Source: Patescibacteria group bacterium
GTDB lineage: Bacteria > Patescibacteriota > Patescibacteriia > Patescibacteriales > JAQTRU01
Length of the DNA: 41,756 nucleotides
Assembly: GCA_041648955.1 (NCBI GenBank)
Contig: JBAZOD010000001.1
Span: 1 to 41,756, forward strand
Reading direction: 5' to 3'
Both the position numbers and the translations under genes were made by a program. Of this stretch, positions 33,081 through 41,200 are shown piece by piece (position 1 is the first letter of the stretch; each line of letters begins with the position of its first letter). The notes below the pieces were generated by a model. That model was not told the origin of the DNA and made no database searches. It saw only the letters and a list, made by a program, of their open reading frames with translations.

Positions 33081-34992
33081 AATTGCTTGATTTTTCAAAA
33101 GTAATAACTTCATCGCCCGCTTTAATTCCTGATAAAATTTCCACAAAGCCCTCATCGCCCTTTAAACCAATTTCCACTGGTGTTTCCACCGCCTTTCCGT
33201 TTAAAAGAATTCTAACATATTTGCCATCGCCATTTTTTTCTATAACCGCTCGTGAAGGAACAAATAAAACATCTTTTCTTGAATTGGTTGTAATAATAAC
33301 ATTAGCCGTCATTCCGGGCTTAAAATTTGAAGAATAATTTATATTTTCTTCAGAAAACTCTACTTTTACTTTATAATAAATTACATCCTGAATAATTGTT
33401 TCTGCCGGCTCTATAGAATAAATTCTGCCGGAAAACTTTGTTTCGTCGCCAAGAGCATCAAGGGTTATTTCTACCGGATTTCCAATTTTAATTTTAGCAA
33501 TATCCGCTTCTGAAATGTCAACTTCAGTTTCAAAATTATTCTCACCAAGAATAGCTACTACCGGCTTTGCCGCCGACACCTGTTCTCCCACCTCATATTC
33601 CACTCTTATTACTGTGCCGGCGATTGGAGCTTTTATAATACTATCTTCTATCTGTTTTTTGGCTAAATTCAAAGCTGCTTCCGCTTGTTTAACTTGTGCT
33701 CGATACAAAGAAATATCTTGAGACCGGGCCGGAGATTTTAATTGTATAAATTGCATTTTTGCTACTTGCCAAGACTCCAAGCTATTATCAACCTTAGTTT
33801 GAACTGTGCCAATTTGCTGATCGCCTGAAACCCGAAGCGAAGCTAAATTATTTCTGGCTGATCGTTTTGCGTCGTCTAAATTAACTTGAGCTTTTGTTAA
33901 ATTGTTTTCTGCTTCCGCCACCTTCGTTTGATAAGTCAAAACTGCATCCTCAAAATTATGCTGAGCGGTTTGTAAAGAAGAAATCGCTGAGCTGATCGCG
34001 GTTATTTGAGCACTAATAGTAGCCTTATAAGCGTCCAGTTCTGCCTGAGTAAAAGTATATGAAACTATGCTACCTTCCAATGCTTTATAACAATAATCCA
34101 AACTTTTAAAGACTTCGTTAAGAGCACTCAGAGATGATTGGCTGGAGCTGGAAATATTATCATTAGATTGAGCTGCTTCTGCCGTAGAAAGTTTATTTTT
34201 AGCGATTGCTAAAAAAGCCAATCCGTTGGCATGAGAAGTTTCTGCACTCACTAAATATGTCTTATCTTTGGCCTCCATCGGCTCTCTAGCGTCATCATCA
34301 TCTAAAATTGTGTTTACGTTGTCGAGGGCTGTGTTGGCCACAACCAATTTATTATCAATTGTAGATAATAGCACATTCTTCTTATTATCAATTGATTGCT
34401 GATAAGTGCTTTTAGTATTAGCTAAATCAGTTTGAGCAATAACAACAGACTGCTCATAAGGAGTAACGCTATTTTCGCTCGCATCTTCTAAATCAGCTAA
34501 TGTTTTTTCTGCCTGAGATATATCTTCCGCAATTTTATTCTTTATTCTTTCTAATTCCGCTAAACTAGCCGAATAAGAAGCTTTTGCCTGATCAACTTGA
34601 GCCTGAGAAACAGCAATTTCCTGCGAGGTAGCCCCGGCTAATAATTTATTGAGGTTGGCATTGGCTACATCCAAGTTGGCCTGAGCTTCCTGTTCCTTAA
34701 TAGAAAGAGAGCTGTAATCTAATTCTGCCAAAATTTTTCCTTCCTCTGCCTTATCTCCGATTTTTACCGGTAAACTGCTAATTTTTCCGCTCTGCAAAAA
34801 ATTTAATTCAATTTCTTTCGCTGCTTTAACCGTGCCCACTTCACTCACAGTTTGGATTAAATTTCCTTTGGCCACTTTAATAGTCGTGTACTCTATTTTT
34901 TCTTTTCCCTTGAATAAAAAATATGAAGCCGCCAGCAAAACAACAAGCAAAATGATAATAATAATTTTGAATTTTTTTATAAACTTTATCAT
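33079..34992 (-). CDS. HlyD/MacA-family periplasmic adaptor (membrane fusion protein) with an unusually long coiled-coil
   Basis: 637 aa. It has an N-terminal TM, lipoyl-like halves (ELNFLQSGKISSLPVKIGDKAEEGKILAELD ... APIAGTVIRVEYEVGEQV), and C-terminal beta-barrel and membrane-proximal domains. About 360 aa of Ala/Gln/Ser/Leu-rich helical sequence separates the lipoyl halves. Confidence 0.85.
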   Translation of the reverse strand: MIKFIKKFKIIIIILLVVLLAASYFLFKGKEKIEYTTIKVAKGNLIQTVSEVGTVKAAKEIELNFLQSGKISSLPVKIGDKAEEGKILAELDYSSLSIKEQEAQANLDVANANLNKLLAGATSQEIAVSQAQVDQAKASYSASLAELERIKNKIAEDISQAEKTLADLEDASENSVTPYEQSVVIAQTDLANTKSTYQQSIDNKKNVLLSTIDNKLVVANTALDNVNTILDDDDAREPMEAKDKTYLVSAETSHANGLAFLAIAKNKLSTAEAAQSNDNISSSSQSSLSALNEVFKSLDYCYKALEGSIVSYTFTQAELDAYKATISAQITAISSAISSLQTAQHNFEDAVLTYQTKVAEAENNLTKAQVNLDDAKRSARNNLASLRVSGDQQIGTVQTKVDNSLESWQVAKMQFIQLKSPARSQDISLYRAQVKQAEAALNLAKKQIEDSIIKAPIAGTVIRVEYEVGEQVSAAKPVVAILGENNFETEVDISEADIAKIKIGNPVEITLDALGDETKFSGRIYSIEPAETIIQDVIYYKVKVEFSEENINYSSNFKPGMTANVIITTNSRKDVLFVPSRAVIEKNGDGKYVRILLNGKAVETPVEIGLKGDEGFVEILSGIKAGDEVITFEKSSN

Positions 34993-35036
34993 ATTTTAAA
35001 AAACGCGTTTTTCAAATTTTTCCCCGCCTCTTTTTC

Positions 35037-35462
35037 TTATTCATTACGGGTAAAATCCCGCCGTGGCGATGATAATTTTTCAGCGTTCTCAATAATTTTT
35101 TTAATCTTGACTACAAAATCATCAACATTAAAATCATTTTTTATAAAATAATAATTAATTCCCAGAGCCGCGCCGCGGCTCTTAGTATCTTGATCGCTTA
35201 AATTTGTAAAAATAAAAATCGGCAAACCAGAAATATCGTTATCTGATCTTATCGCTTTGACCGCCTCAAAACCATCGATTCTCGGTAAAATTAAATCCAG
35301 AATAATAAAATCGGGCTTAGCCTTTTTTATCTCGTCCATGAGATTCTCAATTTCCATGTTCCCGGTATTAACTTCAACTTTAAAACCAGCCAAACTTAAT
35401 TTTGCCTGGAGACTATATAAAATATTAGCATCATCTTCAACAATATATATCTTTTTACTCAT
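35037..35462 (-). CDS. stand-alone response-regulator receiver domain protein (CheY-like)
   Basis: 141 aa. It has the acidic pocket IVEDD and the phospho-acceptor context FIILDLILPRIDGF. No output domain is present. Confidence 0.85.
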   Translation of the reverse strand: MSKKIYIVEDDANILYSLQAKLSLAGFKVEVNTGNMEIENLMDEIKKAKPDFIILDLILPRIDGFEAVKAIRSDNDISGLPIFIFTNLSDQDTKSRGAALGINYYFIKNDFNVDDFVVKIKKIIENAEKLSSPRRDFTRNE

Positions 35463-35488
35463 AATTATCTTAAAAATTATCTTATTAC

Positions 35489-35517
35489 ATTATAGCAATT
35501 TGCGCTTATTTTTACAA
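35489..35517 (-). promoter_or_regulatory. sigma70-like promoter for the response regulator and adaptor genes
   Basis: On the - strand: TTGTAA at 35517-35512, a 17-nt spacer, then TATAAT at 35494-35489. Confidence 0.5.
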
Positions 35518-35572
35518 ATTAACCTTTCAGTATACACTAATTATTATAATATTTAATTTATAATGAAAAAAT

Positions 35573-35600
35573 AAAAAAAGACCCTTTGAAAAATGGGCCT
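35573..35600 (-). terminator. Rho-independent terminator after the FtsX permease gene
   Basis: On the - strand, AGGCCC auuuuucaaa GGGUCU forms a 6-bp stem with one G-U pair, running into a U7 tract. Confidence 0.55.
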
Positions 35601-35614
35601 TTTTTAACAATATT

Positions 35615-36826
35615 TTATTTATATCTAAGGGCGGTTAAGGGATTAAGTTTTCCAGCTTTATTAGAAGGATAAATTCCGGTCATAAAACCAATTAGGGTCG
35701 AAAAAACTATAATAACCGCAATAAACCAGGGTGGATTATAAAACAAATCAATAGCTTGTCCTCCAAAAGTTTTGGCTAAAATATTCACTCCGATATTGGC
35801 GATTTCACTGGCAAAAAATCCAACTAAAACTCCGCCGACACCCCCCATAAATCCCATAATCACCGATTCCATCAAAAATAAAATTTTTATATCTCTTCTT
35901 GTAACTCCTATCGCCCGCATAATTCCAATTTCATTTATTCTTTCCAACAAAGCAATAGTCATAGTATTAAACATGCCGATAGCAGAAACCACTAACGCTA
36001 CTAAGCCAAAAAGAGATAAAATTAATTGGACAACGCTAAATATTTTATTAGCCTGGTCTATCGTATCCGATAATGAAGAAACTAAAAAACCACTATTTAT
36101 AATTTTATCTCTCACTCCAACCATATATTCACTGGCAGAAACTTTTACTTTTAGTTGATCATAATTAGTGATCGCCAAATCACTTATCATTTTTCTTGGT
36201 ATAAAAACGTAATTTAAAGTTTCATCATCTATTACCCCGACAATTTTATATTGCTCTTCTCTTTTTGATATTGTCACCTCCTCCCCTGAACTATCAGAAT
36301 CATCTATTGTTGTTACAGGAATAAATAAAGTTAAAAAAGCTTCTTTTCCTATTATTTGCTCCGGTTCTAAATTAAATAATTTCGCACCGGCGGAAGACAC
36401 AACAATCTCTCCTTGATTGTCATTCTCAATAGTTTTTCCATATTTCACGCTGGTGCCGCTTAAACGAAAATACGACGGATCAACGGCCTGGATAAAACCA
36501 TCACCGATAATATTATCTACCATCAATTGTCCGGAAAAATGAATAACCGGACTTACTTCTTCCACCTCAGGAATTTGCTTAATTGTTTCTATATCCTCGT
36601 CCGATAAAGTTATTAAATCTGTTGCACCGGGCGCCACGTCTAAACTAAGTAAAGAATCGGCTGTGGTGATTCTGCTTAAAATAGCATTCTGCAATCCATA
36701 TCCCAAAGATACCAAAAAAAGAACTGTGCCAATACCAACGCTCACGCCTAAAATCGTCAAAAAAGTCCTTAATGGCCTAGTTTTAAACATTCTAGTTGAT
36801 AATAAAAACAAATCTGTAAATCTCAT
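35615..36826 (-). CDS. FtsX/MacB-family ABC transporter permease
   Basis: 403 aa. The N-terminus is RPLRTFLTILGVSVGIGTVLFLV. A ~230-aa extracytoplasmic domain and a C-terminal 3-TM FtsX bundle ending NPLTALRYK follow. Confidence 0.85.
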   Translation of the reverse strand: MRFTDLFLLSTRMFKTRPLRTFLTILGVSVGIGTVLFLVSLGYGLQNAILSRITTADSLLSLDVAPGATDLITLSDEDIETIKQIPEVEEVSPVIHFSGQLMVDNIIGDGFIQAVDPSYFRLSGTSVKYGKTIENDNQGEIVVSSAGAKLFNLEPEQIIGKEAFLTLFIPVTTIDDSDSSGEEVTISKREEQYKIVGVIDDETLNYVFIPRKMISDLAITNYDQLKVKVSASEYMVGVRDKIINSGFLVSSLSDTIDQANKIFSVVQLILSLFGLVALVVSAIGMFNTMTIALLERINEIGIMRAIGVTRRDIKILFLMESVIMGFMGGVGGVLVGFFASEIANIGVNILAKTFGGQAIDLFYNPPWFIAVIIVFSTLIGFMTGIYPSNKAGKLNPLTALRYK

Positions 36827-36845
36827 TTTTTTATATTATTTTTTA

Positions 36846-36867
36846 CTAGAGGCGAACTATCCTCTAG
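36846..36867. other. perfect 7-bp hairpin in the 47-nt ATPase-permease spacer
   Basis: CTAGAGG cgaactat CCTCTAG. Confidence 0.5.
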
Positions 36868-36873
36868 CTAATA

Positions 36874-38217
36874 TTATTTAAATTTTCCTAAAATTAATAA
36901 CTCTAGTCTCCTCGCTATTTTCCTTGTAACTCTTTTATCCAAGCCGGCTCCTCCTTTTTGGGGAGACAAATCTATTTTCTTACTAAAAGCATTCCGATCT
37001 ATTTTATTTTCCAACCTCATTTTTATTGCTTCATCAATAACTTTAACAGAAGCTAAATCAGGCGTTTTAACATCAAAAGATTTCAAAAGATAACTTCTAA
37101 TTCTCCCGACGGCGCTGCCAATCTCTCCTTTACCAGAAATAATTTCTTCATCTCTTTTTTCTAAAATTCTTATCTCCTCTATAATATTTCTTATTTTTAC
37201 TGATAAGCTGAGAGCTGCACGCTTATTCATGCCCAAACCACCCCGCTCAATCTCATCGTCCAAATATTTAAACAGGGAATTATCTTGGCTTCCACTTTTT
37301 GCCCCTGACATCATTAAATTCGCGACTCTTTTCTCTATCATTCCTATTTCTTCTCCACTCATTTCCAGCAAAGCTTCAGAAACAATTTGTTTTGCTTTAA
37401 AGGGAGCTAATAAATTTCCTACCGCCCCAGATATATCTGAAAAAGTTCTTCCTAATAATTCCAATTCTTTGGAAACCGGCGTGCCCGGCATTTCTTTTGT
37501 AATTGGAGTTATCCCTTGTCTATTAGCCTCTACCTTTGTAATTTCACCATCTTTTATAAAAAATACCCTGTCGGCAATACCTAAAGAAGCAGGATTATGA
37601 GTTACTAAAATAACGGTTTTTTTATCTCGACGATTAAGATCTTTTAAAAGAGCTAAAACATCTTCAGCCGATCTGGAATCTAAATTTCCAACCGGTTCAT
37701 CCGCTAATAGTATTTCCGGATCATTCATCAACGATCTAGTTATCGCCACTCTTTGCTGTTGGCCTCCGGATAGTTCGTTGGGAAATTTGTTTGCCTGCTC
37801 TTTCACTCCAAAATGAGCTAATAAATTCATGGCTCTTTTTTCTCTTTCTTTCGTATTTCCTCCGATAGCTATTTGCGGCAAAATAACATTTTTAAATATG
37901 CTTAGCGAATTTATCAAATAATATGCCTGAAAAATCATTCCTATCTTCTTCTGATGCATCTCTTCCAATTCCTTATAATTAAGTTTGGCAATATTTTTAT
38001 CTTGAATAAAAATATCTCCGGCGGTGTTTGTTTCTAAACCGGCGATTGAATAAAGCAAAGTTGATTTGCCGCAGCCGGAAGGACCAAAAAAAATAATAAA
38101 TTCTCCCGGATAAATATCCAAATTAATTTTCTTCAAGGCGCGCACTTCATTCAGCTTGCCCAGAAAATATGTCACGTTTAAGTTCCTTATTTTGATTATA
38201 GGCTTTTTTTCCTCCAT
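36874..38217 (-). CDS. ABC transporter ATP-binding protein with an unrecognised ~220-aa C-terminal extension
   Basis: 447 aa. The NBD occupies aa 1-225, with Walker A GPSGCGKST, signature LSGGQQQRVAITRSL, Walker B ILLADEPVGNLD and H-loop LVTHN. Residues 226-447 are predicted helical and contain two copies of a GGxGxxKR motif. Confidence 0.88.
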   Translation of the reverse strand: MEEKKPIIKIRNLNVTYFLGKLNEVRALKKINLDIYPGEFIIFFGPSGCGKSTLLYSIAGLETNTAGDIFIQDKNIAKLNYKELEEMHQKKIGMIFQAYYLINSLSIFKNVILPQIAIGGNTKEREKRAMNLLAHFGVKEQANKFPNELSGGQQQRVAITRSLMNDPEILLADEPVGNLDSRSAEDVLALLKDLNRRDKKTVILVTHNPASLGIADRVFFIKDGEITKVEANRQGITPITKEMPGTPVSKELELLGRTFSDISGAVGNLLAPFKAKQIVSEALLEMSGEEIGMIEKRVANLMMSGAKSGSQDNSLFKYLDDEIERGGLGMNKRAALSLSVKIRNIIEEIRILEKRDEEIISGKGEIGSAVGRIRSYLLKSFDVKTPDLASVKVIDEAIKMRLENKIDRNAFSKKIDLSPQKGGAGLDKRVTRKIARRLELLILGKFK

Positions 38218-38255
38218 TTGATTTATTAATTATTCCGAGAGAATAAATTTAAATT

Positions 38256-41200
38256 TTATTGATTGACTTTCTTCATCCAGCCAAAGACATCTTCCATATT
38301 CTTCATAATAACCTGGAAGACGGAATCGCTCTGTTGAGGAGTGAGAATGGTATAAACTTTAGATAAAGAAACATTGCCGCCAGAATCAATACTTTCCACT
38401 CGGAAAGAATAAACCTTGCCCGGCTCAAATTTAGTGATAACCGCTACATGTTTTTTGGTATAGTTAGCATCAACTTTAGTTGATTCTGCCATTTCTTTGT
38501 CAGAGGCGGCAATGCCAGATTGATAATAAACTCTAGTGGTAGATGGCTCATTGGTCATCCAGGAAATAATAGTCTGAATCTTTGCCTCTTTCCCGGGAGA
38601 AATGGCTGAGTTAGTCTGGACTTGATAAATCACGGGCGGCAAATCATCTTCCGAAGTGGAAAAAGAATCTATATTTTTCTCAGCGGTATTATTGCTTAAA
38701 TCTGAGCTAAGCAAGTCTATTTGATAAATTACTCCGGGCTCAAAATCGTTGACATTTATCTCATGAATTGTAGTAATAGCCTTATCATATTTGGTGCGCG
38801 CTTCGTCTTTGGCTAAAATATTATTTCGATACGGAGTATATCTGACGGTTGAATCCGCCTCTACATTGGTTACCCATTTAAAAGCCCCTTCAGTAACAGA
38901 AATATTTTGGACGGCATAACTGCCAATTTCCAAAATCTCTTTTGCGGTTCGAAATGTAAAATCATTAGATCTGGCTTCTGGCCCGATTGGTGCTTGGCTT
39001 CTTAATTGATAATGATAAACGCTGTCTGGCTCCAAATCATGCACCATTACCAAATGATCGGTTGTTTTATCAGTTGGATTGCCGACAATCTGCAAATATG
39101 GGTCATCAGAAGCGATTCTATATCCATCATCTTTAGCGATAGCTATCAACGAATTAGCTTCTTTGTTTGTCTTCCAAATAATAGTTGCGGTTTTAGCTGT
39201 AATTAACACTTTCGGCTCGCCGCTAAGTAGTGGCGCTGGTATAGCACGAGCCAAATCTTCTATGGAATTCTGTTGAACCATAAGACTTGATTCAAGAGAG
39301 CTTAAAGATACTTTTGAAACTGTCTGTTTTATAATGCTCATAGCCTTCGCTACTGCCTGCGAAGCCATATCTAAAAGACTATTAGCTTTTTCTGTTTCCG
39401 CTTCTTGATTTTTAATCTCAGCTTTTTGCTGATCCAGTTCTTGAGTTAATTTCTCTACGTCTTGATAGCTTAACTCGCTTCCTGCCTGTTGTTGCAGTTC
39501 TTCAGATAAAGATAAAGTGGTAAAAGTGGAACCCGTTCCTCGACCTAAATTGCCAGCCGCATCTTTTCCTGAAACTTCATAATAATAAGTCTGTTCCGGT
39601 AATAAACTACTTAAAGTGATTGAATGAGAAGTATCTGAACCCCATTTCCCCGACATTAACCCATAGCTATTGGAATAGCCATATTCCACAAAACTATCTG
39701 CGCTTTCATCTGTTGTCCATTTCACTATAGCGGAATCAGAAGTTATATCAGTCACACTGATTCCCGTAACAGTCGGGGCAGTTTTATCAGACGATGCGCC
39801 ACCAGCACTAGGAACAGTAATAAATATAGTTCCTCCGTTATTGCTAGCCTCCACACTATCTACTCCAGCCTGTCTAGCCACCGCTTCTCTGGCCACTACC
39901 GTTGCCTCTTCTGATAATGTTTCTAAAGTAGCAAAAGTATATTCAGCGCTAGAAGTGGCATTGCTATTAGCATCAGTCGAAGTTACTTTATAATAATATG
40001 TTGTGTCCGCTGTTAAATCCGACAAAACCATAACATGGCTCGTGTTCAAATTCCCTGAAGAAGAAGAAAGTGTATATACTCCAGAAGTCGTGCCATAGTC
40101 AACCTGTGAATCAGAAAATTCGTTTGTGGCCCAATTGATGGCAGCCGAAACGTCGGCAATCGGATTGGCAGTCGGATTCACAGTAATATTCGGAGCAACA
40201 GAATCTAAAGAGGTTGAAAATGAATAATACTTAACTACGCCGTCAACGACATTTTTGTCTTGAGCCACTCCGGATTCAACATAATAATAATATGTAGTGC
40301 CTTCTGACAAGCCAGAAATAGTGACAGAATGATTCGTGGTTTCAACGCTGTCACCCTCTTCCGCATAATCGCTCATATCCGGATTAACCGAATAGACAAC
40401 ATTGGAATTGCTGTTAGAATTTGTAGTCCAGGTAATTCTCACTGTCGCATTTCCCGCTTCTACGGCTGATACGCCCGAAATAGTCGGGCCATTTTGAGTT
40501 GTAAAATAATATCCATCTACACCATCTGTGCTGCTGGCCGTATTTGTGCTCACATCTGTTGATTTCACTTTATAATAATAAACAGTAGCAGGAGAAAGCC
40601 CAGAGAGAGTCACGGTATGCGCCCCCAAACCAGCGGCATTATTTAGCATTGAGGCCACTCCTTCATAAGGAGCATCGGAAAAATCACCTCCCTGGGAAGT
40701 AATATACTCAATTCTAGAATCAGCTAACTCATCAGTATCCCAAGTAATTGTCGCAGATTGAGTGGTAACATTAGAAGAAACAACATTTGAAATAACTGGA
40801 GGAGTTGTTTCTACACCGCCACCTCCCTCGGAGCCATCCTGGATTCCATTAGCAGTTCCCTGCACTACAGACGAATAGCCGGAAACATTGCCGGCAGCAT
40901 CAATGGCAATAACTTTATAATAATGAGTGCTGCCTTCATCTAAATTAAAATCGGCATAATAATTCTGTTCTCTATTATTGATAGTTGATTCTAAAGTATA
41001 AGAAGATCCGTTAGTGGAATGGTAAACTTGATATGAACTGAAAGTATGGGTTGGTTCGGCAATAACACCCCAGGCGACAAACAAACCGTATATTTGCGGA
41101 TCTAAAGATAAATTGGAAATATCCTGCACCATAGCATTATTAGGGGTTGCCGGAGTAGTTACATTTACTGCGCTTACATTACCATAGGCATCTTTAAATT

